The notes beneath the pieces were generated by a model. The model did no database searches, was not told the DNA's origin, and saw only the letters and a program-made list of their open reading frames with translations. Of a DNA stretch of 64,000 nucleotides, positions 23,344 through 36,030 are shown piece by piece. The position numbers and the translations under genes were made by a program. Position 1 is the first letter of the stretch. Every line of letters begins with the position of its first letter. The DNA is from Callorhinchus milii. Taxonomy: Eukaryota. The stretch lies in the NCBI RefSeq assembly GCF_018977255.1, contig NW_024704743.1, forward strand, positions 61,258,001 through 61,322,000, in the 5' to 3' direction.

Positions 23344-26300
23344 CCTCATCACATTGAAATATATCAAAATGCTTCACAAGTAATTACTGCCAAGTGAAGT
23401 GACTGTTTTTGTCGGCAAAAAGTTCACTGCCATCTTGAAAATCCATTTAGAGCAACTGGACAGTGCAAATGTTGAACATATTACTGTTGGTGGGCATTCT
23501 GGAAGGATGCAATCAGATAGGCCAAAGGGCTTTCTTCATCCGAGCCAGTCTTGTGATGCTGTTCTTTCACCTCTGGCTCCTAGATTGAATTCCTTCAGAC
23601 CTGCGCTGCAAGAAAGTCTCCTCTCTCTGCTGGCTGTGAGCGTATTCTGATAATGAGGAACATTAGTGAGTGGGAGCCAAAGGCACAGTATAAAGTCAGC
23701 CATAATTCAGGACTAATTAACGGAGGGGTCACTGAGAGAAACCACAGGGGTGGATCCATAAGAAATGAGCATTCATGCTTCCACAGGGTTGTTCCAAAGT
23801 TGAGACAGAGTAGACGGAGCTTTACTTTGCTTGCAGTTCAACTACTTCTGTTCCAGGAATATCTGAGGAATCACCCTATGCTGATGACCTTACCATTAAT
23901 CAGCACAAAAATTCACGAAATGTAGGAGTGGCCAGTGGGCCATTGCAGCAGTATATGTTTCACCAAAGATTCACTGAGGCTTGCATCACAGAATCAATCC
24001 TAGGAGTGAAATTTATTGTGATTCATTTCAGATTGGATATGATCATTACCATGGAATGACGCTTATTTTGAGCCATTTGTAAACAATACCTATGGAAATA
24101 ACCACCTTGATTACCCTCAATGTGGCCTTTTCATAGAATCACTCGTTTCTGCTTCTCATTCCCCACTATAACTCGGTACAATTGTCCCACCTGAGGATGT
24201 CTCCTCAGTACTGCTCCTGATCACAGAGAGCGTCATCTTGGTGTGATTAAAACCAGAATACCGGCTCAATTCAGACAGTGTTCAGATTGCCATCTAAATC
24301 AAATTCTGTTTTTCTCTCACTGTTTAGTCTCACCAAGAAGGGGACCTTTGAGGAAAGAAGTGAGAAAATGAGAAAACAATCCAACGATTTGACCAAAATC
24401 AATATTTTGATAATATTTCACTGCACTGCTTATAAGTGAATGACATCCCATTGAGCAGAAATCGTTTTGAAACAGAAGCTTGGGAGTCAATCCACCAGAT
24501 ACATTAACTATTCACTTCATGGCTCTTTTTGGGGCTTCTTTTGGATGAAAAATGGCTGTCCTGTGTGCCTCCAGATAGATAGATCACTTCACATGACAGA
24601 AATGAACTGCAAAGCAGATGCTGTTTTGAATGTAAGGATTATTATAATTTTGTTACAAGGTGAATTGGTCAGATAAAGAAATAAACTACTCATTCACTTA
24701 TGACAGAATTAAGCACTGCATTCTCTGGTACCACTCATGTGGCACTTTGTGACAATTTAATTACAGCAGTGCTGAGCGCAAGCTGCAACTAGTCCTACTG
24801 AAAGCTGCATGTGGTGAACTACATAAAGACAATAAAGTCACCACTACATAAAATCAACAGTTTTCACACTTCCATTCTTTGCGTTACGTTAGTTTGCCAG
24901 GATTTATTTAAGATGAGTGAGCTCTCAGGGGGTTGCTGCAAGCAGTCAATTCTCAAATGATTATTAAAATGAATTTTGATGCCCTGATAGTGAGGCAGTG
25001 ATGAAATGTAAGGAAAGTCAGGATCAAAATCAAATTTTCTGTCGGCTTCTCAGCTTTTTCTTCTTAAAGCAAAGGAAGCCACTTGAAATTGAATCTCTTC
25101 CTTGTGCTGTTGGAAATCTAAAATTTGGCTGTGAAACTTTAAATAGAGGACTCAGTTTGATGGGAGACATGTTTTTCTGTCAATGACAGCTGGTGCCTTT
25201 CAGTGTATGAACCACAATGAGCAGAGGTGTGGTCATTGGGCACATTCCTTTCTCCTCTTGGGAACGATCCGACACAATACAGATTCTGCTTCCAAAGGTA
25301 GAAGGAAGAGGTGAATAAATTGTGAACAGACTTTATATCATTAGACAATGAATTAGTCAAAGTCAGCCTTTTCCTGTAATATCTAAGAGGACATGTATTT
25401 AATTTAACCCTCAGAGCACCCCATTGGCATTTTCTGCAGCAAGCTACATAAAGACATGGATTAAAGTACTGTTTTAATTTGTTCTGACAGGGCTTTGAAC
25501 TAAAGGATCTTCCCCAGTTTTTACACTGCTCAACCAAATGAACAAAATTGTAAAAGATGTTTAGTATGATCACTGACAGAAAATCCCATGACACTTGCAT
25601 TAACTAATCAAAGTGAGTGTATTATATAACTTTTGGTGTTGGCGGTCCAATACATTTAAAATGAACAATTGGTGTGAAAATCTCAATAGATTCAATACAA
25701 CACAAACTTACATTTATATAAGAGCTTTCACATTGAGAGGACCTCCCAAAGCACTTGACACTGCTGGTTGGGCACCCAAGCTGGGCTTGGGAACAATGGA
25801 GGAAAAACAACAAATTGCCAAAGTTTTGAAAATTTATGCAAAGTGCAGGAAAATACTCCCACTGCATTGCTAGGAAGCTGACGTATTCTTAGAATATTCT
25901 CATGGTGGACATCAAGTATGTCCTTCGCTCAATGTTTTTCTGGTCAACCGGATGTCTGATACTAGTGAAAACCTATCTCCATACTTAAAAGTATCCAAAC
26001 CATTGATGGCGACTTATTACAACAACAACCACCACAACTTGCATTTATATAGCGCCCTTCACGCGGGGTAGGGTCCCGGAGCATTAATGACCTAGAAATC
26101 AGCTATGTCTATGTATGTGTACCATCTATGGATGGAAACTTTCCTGTGTCCGGAACGGCTCTGGATGGATACACCTTGCTTCTCTATTTCTGATGAGCGT
26201 TAGACAGAGGTTTGCAAGAGCTTGGGTTCCCCAGAGTGTTCGTTGGTATAGTGCTGGAGTTTTACTATGTAGGGTAGGATTACAGTAGATCAGTCCAATC

Positions 26301-26377
26301 AACAAGAAATCTGGCTGATATTATTTACTATAGATTGAATTCTGGTGACATTGCAGTTTACTGATATAATACAATAT

Positions 26378-26753
26378 AAATAATCCTTGTATTTGATATA
26401 GCGCTTTATTATGTCTTCGAAATGTCTCAAAGCGCTTCACCGGATACACTGTAAAGTGAATTGACTGTATATTTTGTGGGTGGAACGTGGCAGCCAATTG
26501 CACACAGCAGTGTCCCACACACAGTCATGGATTGAAGTGACCAATTTATTAATATTATCATTTCTTTTGAAGGAATTATTATTCCCAGAAAAGCAATCCA
26601 CCTATCAACTAACAACTGGGGTCCTACTTACTGCTAGGCAAACAGAGGCATGGAGTAAGGAAACTTGTCCAAAGTTTTGCCCTGTCTGGGAATCAAACCT
26701 GGGTCTTCTTGCTTGTGAGGCGAGCGCTCTAACGTCTGAGCTACAGGACTCCA
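26378..26753 (-). mobile_element. Full-length tRNA-derived SINE
   Basis: Minus-strand GGAGTCCTGTAGCTCAG head, GGTTTGATTCCC B box, family body and tail. Confidence 0.9.
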
Positions 26754-29404
26754 CAAAATGCCTGTAAATGGAAGGTCCTCAATTCAGAGATTGAAATTTC
26801 AGCTGTATCCCTCCCTTTTGTTACGTGAAGTCTCCTTGCTCCCCTATCATAGGGGCTCGGGAAGGAGAGAGTCTGGTCTCATTGCACCATCCAACAAAGA
26901 TCCTGGTTGGGCAACACTTAGATCATTTTGACTGTAGCGATCACTTGCTACTGATACTGATCGATACTGTACACCTATCAATGTGTTCGTGCTTTTAATT
27001 GGTAACTTCTGAGCTTCGTTTATTTATTATTTTATTTGATATGGAACAGCTCAAATAATTGAAACCCCCCACCCCACCCCAGTTCTGAGTGAGATTTTGT
27101 CAGCATAGCAGTACAAGTAAAACAGCTTTACAAACTACATGATCTGCAATACCAATAGTTTAAGTGATATTTACAATTATACTCAGTTGGGAGTCACCAA
27201 CGAGGTTGTAACTTGATCAAGAGATTAAAACAATGTCATAAACTGTGATAACAAAGCTTGAATGGTTTATGAGTGTCATCTGGAATGCCAATTAAATTAT
27301 AGTCTTATTACTAAGGTTCTACCATCTATAATCAGCCAATAATGAAACTAGACCCTTGCGTATAAGGAGATTTCAATCCAAGGAGCAATTTCTCAGTATA
27401 AAGTGAAGACGACCCTTAGAGATGATTATTGTTATTTCATCAGAAATGCCAAGGAACATAATGTAGAAAACATAGACTTTTCTTCAAAGATGGCAGATGG
27501 TTGCACCAGCAGCAGGAACAGAAGGGAAACATTTAATTCCAAATTAACCTTCTGAGTGAGTGGCACAGGAGGTTTACAGCACTGTGCCACCCAGGGACGG
27601 ATTTGCCTCTGTTTCAGTAGTAAATTAATATTTCTGTCTGCAACATGCACCAGGATCTCTGTTAAATTAAGCCAACACTACATATTTCTCCTCAACAACT
27701 CTCAATCCGTTATAATAAAGTCCAAATTTACCTACTAAACCTAATCGCAACCAAATAATAATAATAATTCTTGCTTTTGATATAAACCTGGCTGACAATC
27801 TTTCAGTTAAAACTATTCATTCACCACATGGCTGTTTATTGCGCACAAATTCGCTCCTGAATTTGCCAAAAAATATAAAGTCACTATACTAGATAGAAAT
27901 ATTGTTATGGACTCTGGAATATTCTCAACGTACTTGCTATATCAAATGCAAGGGTTATTATGTCCATAATATTCTTGTATTTCTCTATTTTACCAATACT
28001 ACTATTGTTGTTTATCTTTTGAACTTTCTACCTTTGGACTATCTAAATTCTAAATATATCAATGGATGTCTTGCTTCTTTCTCCTACATCCTGTGTATTG
28101 AAATTGCAACTTATTCCATTGTACACTTTACATCTTTCACTCTCAAGACCTTGGCATAATTTAAAAGAGGGTTTAACAAGAGGATTCATTTCCAGATCTT
28201 GAGAAGAATTATAAGGGAATTAAGAACCTAATATATAGTATTTCAGATCACTTACAATATATCAACTTACACAATATCAACATTGTGGGTGGTTTATACA
28301 CCATCACATAAAGCTCAAACATACTTGGAAAATTACATTAGCATGTCTAATTTTACAGGTTCAATGTGCCTTCACTTCAATATAGAGTGTATATGAGCAA
28401 TAATGAAGTGCAAGATGTACGTACAGTATATCAGGGGTTTTGCCCTCTCAGAGACTGATTTAGATCTCGGTACTCTGTCTACTTATTCATTATTGCGTGA
28501 TTAGAAATAGAAACAGTCTGGGGAATTTGGGAAATTAACAGGACCTGACAGTTTTTCATCACAGCTTTTAAGTCAATACGAAGATCATAAAATAATCACA
28601 AAAAATTCTTATTCCCTTAAAGCACGGCGAACACTCTAAAGATTCAGCTTCTTGCCCCAATCCCACAGGCCTCATTTTACACATTAACTTCACATGACTC
28701 ATGTTTCGGTAATAAGGAGGCATAAAATAAAACTATAGCAAATTTTAACTAAAGCTGATTAGTGAGATCAGAAAACATTTAATCAAACACAAGAGACAAT
28801 GTGGAATGCACTAACCTAAAAGGCTGAAGAAGCAGAATCAATTGGGAGAATGGATGAATGAGTGAGTGGGTGGGGGGGTGCACGCAGATAGTGGCGCAAC
28901 AAGACCCCAGGGGTTTCTGGTGCAAAAAATGTTTAGGGGCCCCTTTCCCGATTCTGAAATCTAAAATTTTGCTTACCACATCAGCACATATCAGCCCACT
29001 TTGAACCCAGAATCCAGGTAAGTATTTCTGAAATAGGTCAAATATTTTGGATGGCAGAGGTATGTTTCCACCCCAACAAGATTCCCCACCAATGTATTGG
29101 GCCCCCATAACCTTGTGGGCCCATCCTTCTATCCATGCATGGATGGATACATGGAAGGAAGAGTATTAAGGGATGTGTTATTATGTTTCATACAAATGTT
29201 TTCAGAAAATGTAATGCTTTTCCACAAATGCTTCGCTCTTATTTGGCATAAGAGCAAATCAATATTTAAAAGGGAATTGGATAAATATGTGGACATAAAA
29301 GAGTAAAGGTAAGAGGAGGGATTTGGACTATAGGTTATTGCTCCAATGGAAGAGTGGCAACAAGAAAAAGCTTGAGATGCTGAATGGCCTCCTGTGTACA
29401 ATCG

Positions 29405-29870
29405 TCACAATTTACATACATGTAGTGCCTTTCACATCAGGAGGACGTCTCAAAGTGCTTTACACAGCTGACTGGGCATCTGAGCTAAGAAGAGAGCTGA
29501 AGAGGGTAGAGAGAAAGATGACTAAAAGTGTCATCAAATAATAATAATAATCCTTGCATTTGAAATAGTGCCTTATCACATCATTGAGACGTTTCAAAGC
29601 ACTTCACAGAATATACTGTAAAGTGAATTGACTGTATATTTTGTGGGTGAAACACGGCAGCCAATTGCACACAGCAGTGTCCCACAATCAGTTTTTGGAT
29701 TGAGAAGGGGCAAGTCTGAAGGTGAATCAGGTTGGGGACTTGAAACAAGCTCAGTGTCCACTGAGTGGAGGGAGCGTCCAGGTCATTAGGCGGCTGCAAA
29801 GGTAAGGTGGAGCGAGGCTGTGGAGGGATTTGAATGTGAGGATGAGGATCTTGAATTAAATCCATGGGTT
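29405..29870 (-). mobile_element. Old L2 3' fragment with a nested SINE tail (~29539-29700)
   Basis: L2 tail GCCTTTCACATCAGGAGGACGTC at ~29427; GAGGATGAGGATCTTGAATT at ~29840; SINE (AAT)nCCTTGCATTTG insertion. Confidence 0.7.
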
Positions 29871-31712
29871 TAGAATAATCAAGCCTAGATTTGATTAAGG
29901 TGCGAATGAGGAGCAAAACATTTTTTGCACCAGAACCCCCTGGGGTCTTGTTGCGTTGCGTTTTCAGACCTGTATAGCTCTTGGAACAGCTGACTTCATA
30001 TTGGCTGCAGCAACAAATCAGTGTTGCAGCTGATGTCCTGTCTTTTATAGTGCAAACATTTTCAATCTGCTTCACCATGGGGAATTTGGGGCCTTCTATG
30101 CCATTGTATTGAGAATGTCATCACTCTATTATCCTCATGGTAACATGTCTCACTGTAATGAAAACACCACTTCAAGATTCAGGAAACAATGGCTAACAGA
30201 TGATTGGATTTGGATTACATTTTAGGAAAAGATTGCCCTCTCATCTGGGACATCCTGCGACTCACTTGCTGTTACTGGAATCACATGCTTACCATCCACT
30301 TTGATGGAACAATAATTCTGCTTCAATAAACCCATGAAACCATAGTTTGTTTATCTCAAACAAGAAAATCTGATAATGGGTTTGATAGGGAAAAAAAGAA
30401 TATGTTGACCTTGTGAAAACAGATAATAATCTGCTCCGAGACACTTTCAGAAACTTTTCATACTCCCACTCTTTCTGAGCGTTTTAACAACCCCTGTGAG
30501 TTTAACTGTCAAGAGTGATTTGTTTTCATCACTTATAGCTCGGGGCTGGGTGTCCTGTAAAGAAGCACTCGCTAATTACTGGAAACTGTATGATAATGAC
30601 CAGAGTGCCTGTTCTGATTCACTAATGGTCAGGCACTGCACTCTCACACACCTGATTAATAATCCTAATAATAATAATGCAGGCCTTTGATTTACTGCCT
30701 TTCACATCAGGAGGCTGCTTCAAAGAGCTTCACAGGATATTCTGCAAAGTGTAGTGACTGTGCATTTTGTAAGTGAACAAGGCTGTTTTGTACACAGCAA
30801 TTTGTCACAAACAGCCGGAAATTGAATGACCAATTTAATCTGGGAGAATGTTGGCTGGGACATCAGGAAAATCTCCCCTTCCCGTTTCAAATAGTACCGG
30901 GTGGCCAGTAAGACATTTGTGTGCCAGAGCCTCGCTTGGGAGAGGAATGGCACAGCGATTGAGTTTCAGTAGGTTTGAGAGGCCACGGACACCTTCAGTG
31001 ACATCCTTCCTCCTCTCTCCTCCCCTCCCTCCCTGGATGGATTTGGTTCACTTGGTCCAACTGGGACTTGAACCCACAACTTTCTGACTTATAGACAAGA
31101 GTTTTGCCAAGTGAGCCAGGCTGACACTTGTGCTTCTGCTGATTCAGACAGCCCTATGGTCAGGCACTACACTCAGAAACACCTGCTTTCCAGCAGCAAT
31201 TCTGAGTTCTCTCTTTATGAGATCACTTGTTGTTATACAGAAATCAAGACGGATTACAAAAGCTGATTCTTCTCCTTTCAACTGTAAAAATGTGACTTCC
31301 CAAATTATAATTCCGAGTATATTTACATAATCTGTTATGCTCAAGGATTTGATAAATGCACTGACACAACTCCAATGAATTTGAATTATATGGCATATTG
31401 TGTTGAAGGCTGTTACATTTGAGCTGGATTGGGTTAAGCTGCTCTAATACCTTCCTGTTGTGAGGCATTCTGCTGTAATGAGTGATGTCTATAGCAATTT
31501 GAATGTGCAATAAATATGGCATAAGAATAGAACCACGACTGGGAATGGTAATATTTTGCAATATATAGACCTCACAACTTTATTGCAGCTAAAAGTGTGC
31601 AGAAGCTGGGACAAAGACACTCAATGCTTCTGTTCACACAAAATGTCCTAAAACATGGAATTGTTATTTTGCTCCTGTTTACCTTATGAAAATGTCTGGT
31701 TATTCTCTAAAG

Positions 31713-32135
31713 GTGTCATCTTGGTTCAGTTAGAAGCACTCTTGCCTATGAATGAGAAGCATATGGATTCAACATCCACATTGGGACTTGGAACTCATAT
31801 AGTTTGAGATGACTCTCCAATACAGTGCTGGGAGTGTGCTGTAACATCGGAGGTGCCATAGTTCTGATGGGATGTTCAACTGTTGTCCCGTCTGCCTGTT
31901 CAGGTGGATGTTAAAAATCTTATGGTCCTATTCAAAAAGAGGAAGGAGTTTCTCCTTGTGTCCTGGCCAACAATTCCCCAAATGAAATTGCTGATTTACT
32001 TCACAGTTCTTTGTGGGATATTTGCTGTGTATAAATTGGCTACTGGTTTTGCTCATAAAATACAGTCACTCCACATTATAGTATATCCTGTGAAACTCCT
32101 GGTGTGAAAGGCGCTATACCAAATGCAAAGATTTT
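31713..32135 (+). mobile_element. Deu-domain tRNA-SINE
   Basis: Degenerate head; core CGGAGGTGCC...CTGCCTGTTCAGGTGGATGTTAAAA; tail TGTGAAAGGCGCTATACCAAATGCA. Confidence 0.8.
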
Positions 32136-33413
32136 TATGTAGTTTTTAAAGCGTAGTTTAATTTGTTCACTAATAAGCCTTACTGTCTGAAAGTTAGCTG
32201 TGAGCAAACACTCATAAAGGTACTGCATGAAGATTTGATGAACTTTTGAATTAATAATGGCTTTGAGTATGATTAAACATTCATTATGTCTAACTTTTCT
32301 AAATGTATTTTGATATGAATTTTTATTCATGTAATTAGCAGTTTCATTATTGTCGACATTGCTGATTGTTGCTCGAACACTTTTAAATGTACCCAATTAT
32401 AGTGGATCAGCAGAAGATGCTTATTACTGTGGAACGGTCTGTGAGAAAATTCTATGCATTGGAATAGCGATTGGAAGCAGGATTGCAATCTTGCACACAA
32501 CCAGATCAGTAACATAAACACTTGCACACCAACTCTTTATCATTGCCACCCTTGTTGTATCACATCAACAACAACAACAACTTGTATTTATATAGCGGCC
32601 TTCATGCCGGACAGTTTACTAGAGGGCTTAACAATTCCTATCACCACTCGTGGTACATTTAATAATAATAATCCTTGCATTTGATATTGCGCTTTACACG
32701 TCTTTGAGACGTCTCAAAGCGCTTCTCAGAATATACTGTAAAGTGAGCTGACTGTATATTTGTGGGCGAAATACGGCAGGGTGTTACTGGGAAATATGCC
32801 TTTGACCTCCAGGCAAACAAGAAGCTTTCTTCACTGCAATTAGATTTGAAGTTTAATTGTTAATTATAGTACACTTTTGGTCTTGGCCTTAAGCTCCTGC
32901 TATTCAGCAGATGGCGTAGGTCAGGGTGATCCAACCATTTGGCTGCGGCGATGGATTCCCTGAGAAAGATCCGCGGGCCACATAAGCAACAGTTTATGTT
33001 TCCCTGCCGGTAACATAACAGCATTTACACAGCACCTTTTTGATGTTGGAAGGACATCTCAAAGTGCTTCACACTGTCAGCTGGACACCTGAACTGGGGG
33101 TGGGAGCCGAGAGGTCAGATGTGGAGGGGAAAAGATGACCGAAAGATGAACTCCAGAGAGCGGAGCAAAATGGCAATGGTGGGGCAGATGGGGTGAAGCA
33201 AGCTGGTGTTTGCCCTGAAGAGGGAACAGCAGAGTCAGGAGATCAGAGGTAGGGTGGGGAGGGAGGTGGAATGAAGGCCATAGAGGAGTTTCTCACTGGG
33301 GAAAGGGAGTTTCTATGAGGAAACTGCACAGCACGTCACTCAGTGTCTGCCCTCGGTTCCCCCCGGTGGTCGTCTGTGATGACAGTGAACCACAAAACCC
33401 TGCCCTCAATTCT

Positions 33414-34345
33414 CCTCTCTCTCTGCTTTCTCACTCTTTTTGTTTCTCTCCCCCGCTCTCATGCTCTTTCTCTCTCAATCACTCCCCTCTCTCTTTTTCT
33501 CTCTCTCCCTCTCTCTCTACCCCCTCTCTTCTACGCACTCGTCTCGCACACATTCTCACTTCCCCTTTCACACCATCTCTCTCCTCTCTTCCGTTTCACT
33601 CTCTCTCCCCACCTCCCTCTCAATCACTCTCAAATCCCTCTTTTCCTCTCTCTTTCAAACACTCTCTCTATACCCTCTCACACTCTCTCAATCAATTACG
33701 CTTTTTCACTCCCCCCATCTCCCACACATTCTCTCTATCCCCTTTCACACTCTCTCAATAATAATAATAATAATAATAATAATCCTTGCATTTGATATAG
33801 CGCTTTTCACGTCGGGAGGACGTCCCAAAGCGCTTCACAGAACACACTGTAAAGTGAATTGACTGTATATTTGTGGGCGAACGCGGCAGCCAATTGCGCA
33901 CAGCAATGTCCCACAAACAGTCGTGGATTGAAAATGACCAATTTAATTATTGTTTTTGGTTTTGGAGGGATTATTATTAGGCTCTGTGTGGAGTAAGGAA
34001 ACTTGCCCAAGGTTTCGCCCCTGCCTGGAATTGAACTCAGGTCTCTCACTTGCAAAGCGAGTGCTCTAACCACTGAGCTACAGGACTCCAATCACTATCT
34101 CTCTCTGCTCCCTCCCTCTGTTTCTTTCTCTCCCCCTTTCCCTCACATTCTCTCTCTCTCTCTTAATCACACCCTCTCTCTCTCCCTCTATCACCTCTCA
34201 CTCACATTGTCACACACACTCTCTCTCATTCAATCACACTATCTCCCCTATCTCTCCCGCTCGCATCTTCCCTTCTCTCCCCACCACCCGCCCCTCTCTG
34301 CCCCTCTCTTTCCCTTCCCCTCCCTTTCCCCCTCCTCTCTCCCAA
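33414..34345. repeat. CT-rich low-complexity tract split by a SINE
   Basis: (CT)n/(CA)-rich sequence at 33414-33757 and 34090-34345. Confidence 0.9.
33758..34089 (-). mobile_element. Young tRNA-SINE, short (internally deleted) variant
   Basis: GGAGTCCTGTAGCTCAGTGGTTAGAGC head; lacks the GTTTACCTAGCAGTAAGTAGGAACCC middle segment; CpG-rich tail; (ATT)n. Confidence 0.9.
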
Positions 34346-34888
34346 TCAAACTAACTGCAGTGGTTGCAGGAACCTGTGGTTGCTAAGGACGCAGAGGATA
34401 AGGAGACTCGCTTGCATTCCTGAAAGACTGCAGTAACGGCCGGCATTATTTCCACTCTTCGTTGCGTCCTCCCAACCACCGGCTCCTGCTGCTCGGAGAA
34501 CTTTCATCAGGGAGGGAAGGAGTAGAATCGGAAGTTAGAATGTTGGAAATGGTCTCGGTCTGGATAAAATCACCCGCTGGGCCGGATGTGGCCCACGGGC
34601 CGCCAGTTGGACCACGCTGGTGTGGATAATTAAGGCAAATCAGGAGTAATATTTAAATACAACTTTTCATTAAAGTATTGATGCGATAACAGATTGAATC
34701 TGTTTTGACACACCACATTTTTCATCCATTCCTAAAGACTGCCACTGGAATTGAACAGTTTCAATCTTGTGAGCGATCATCCATAAAAAACAGTGTCTTT
34801 ACAGTAAATCCTGTAAAGTGTTTTGTGATGTCCTCCTGATGTGAAAGCCACTATAGCAAATGTAAGGATTATTATTATTATTAATTAT

Positions 34889-35411
34889 GTGGAGTTCTGT
34901 GGCTCAGTGGTTAGAGCACTCGTCTTGCAAGCGTGACACCTGGGTTCAATTCCAGGCAGGGCAAAACCTTGGGCAAGTTTCCTTACTCCAATAATCCCTC
35001 CAAAACAAAACAATAATAGATTGGTCATTTTCAATCCACTTTTGTGGAGTCCTGTGGTTAGAGCACTCGCCCCACAAGCGAGAGACCTGGGTTCGATTCC
35101 TAGCAGGGCAAAATGTTGGGCAGGTTTCCTTACTCCACACACTCTTCTTTGTTTACCCAACAGTAAGTATGAACCCGGTTGTAAGTCGATTGGCAGATCA
35201 CTTCTCCCGGGGTAATAAATCCTTCCAAAAAAAAATAAAAAAATTGGTCACTCAATCCATGACTGTTTGTGGGACACTGCTGTGCGCAATTGGCTGCCGC
35301 GTTTCGCCCACAAATATACGGTCAATTAACTTTACAGCATATTCTGTGAAGCGCTTTGAGACGTCTAGAAGACGTGAAAAGCGCTATATCAAATGCAAGG
35401 ATTATTATTAT
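34889..35411 (+). mobile_element. Tandem SINE pair: short-variant 5' half (34889-35040) fused to a long variant (35044-35411)
   Basis: Two tRNA-like heads and one (ATT)n tail; preceded by another SINE tail ending at ~34883. Confidence 0.88.
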
Positions 35412-36030
35412 AGTTTCCGTTCTCCTTCTGAATATGACACAAAGTTTGGTCCACAGCTCATTTTCAAAAAATATCAGTGTGATTTTAGATATGAGGTGCA
35501 ATTTTATATTTTCAGTCTCAGAGCTGAACATTCAGTGCTGTTTCACATCTCAAATGAACTGATTTAGCATCCTAATTTTAGTTCCACTCACATATGGATC
35601 TGTGATCAGAATGGAAAACTACTTGAACACAACCATCATGGTACTTAATGAAACTTTGCACTAAAGTCAAATGCGACCATCCCTACTCTGTTGAATGAGA
35701 TTAATTCAGAGTTAGAGAGATAGAGATTACTTGCCTCTTCTCAAGTAGAACTGATCATATGCCATCCCAAAGTATGCCTGAAGCACATTGTATATAGGTT
35801 ACCTACAGCCTGCAAAATAATTTAATAATTCTTATCTTTGACAATCCCGATGTGGGGCTGAACCTTTAATCTCAGAAGTAAAAGTGCTACCAATTGACAG
35901 TCAAGTACACCTCCTGAGTTTGTCTCTCGAGCCAAGAGCACCAGTGAAGGTAATTCCTAATGTAAAATATTCAGCATTGAATTGAGAACACCCTATTCAA
36001 AATCAGATCTTCTCTATCTACAGGAAATCC

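Larger units (their letters stand above)
32922..34619. mobile_element. Non-autonomous hAT (Charlie/MER58-like) element with nested insertions
   Basis: TIRs CAGGGTGATCCAAC / GTTGGACCACGCTG (12/14); subterminal GCGGGCCACAT and GGGCCGGATGTGGCCCACGGGCCG; degenerate 8-bp TSD GCGTAGGT/GTGTGGAT. Confidence 0.7.

Noticed and set aside
33315..34386. Ser/Leu/Pro-rich ORFs of 127-150 aa
   Set aside because: Translations of CT-rich low-complexity DNA.
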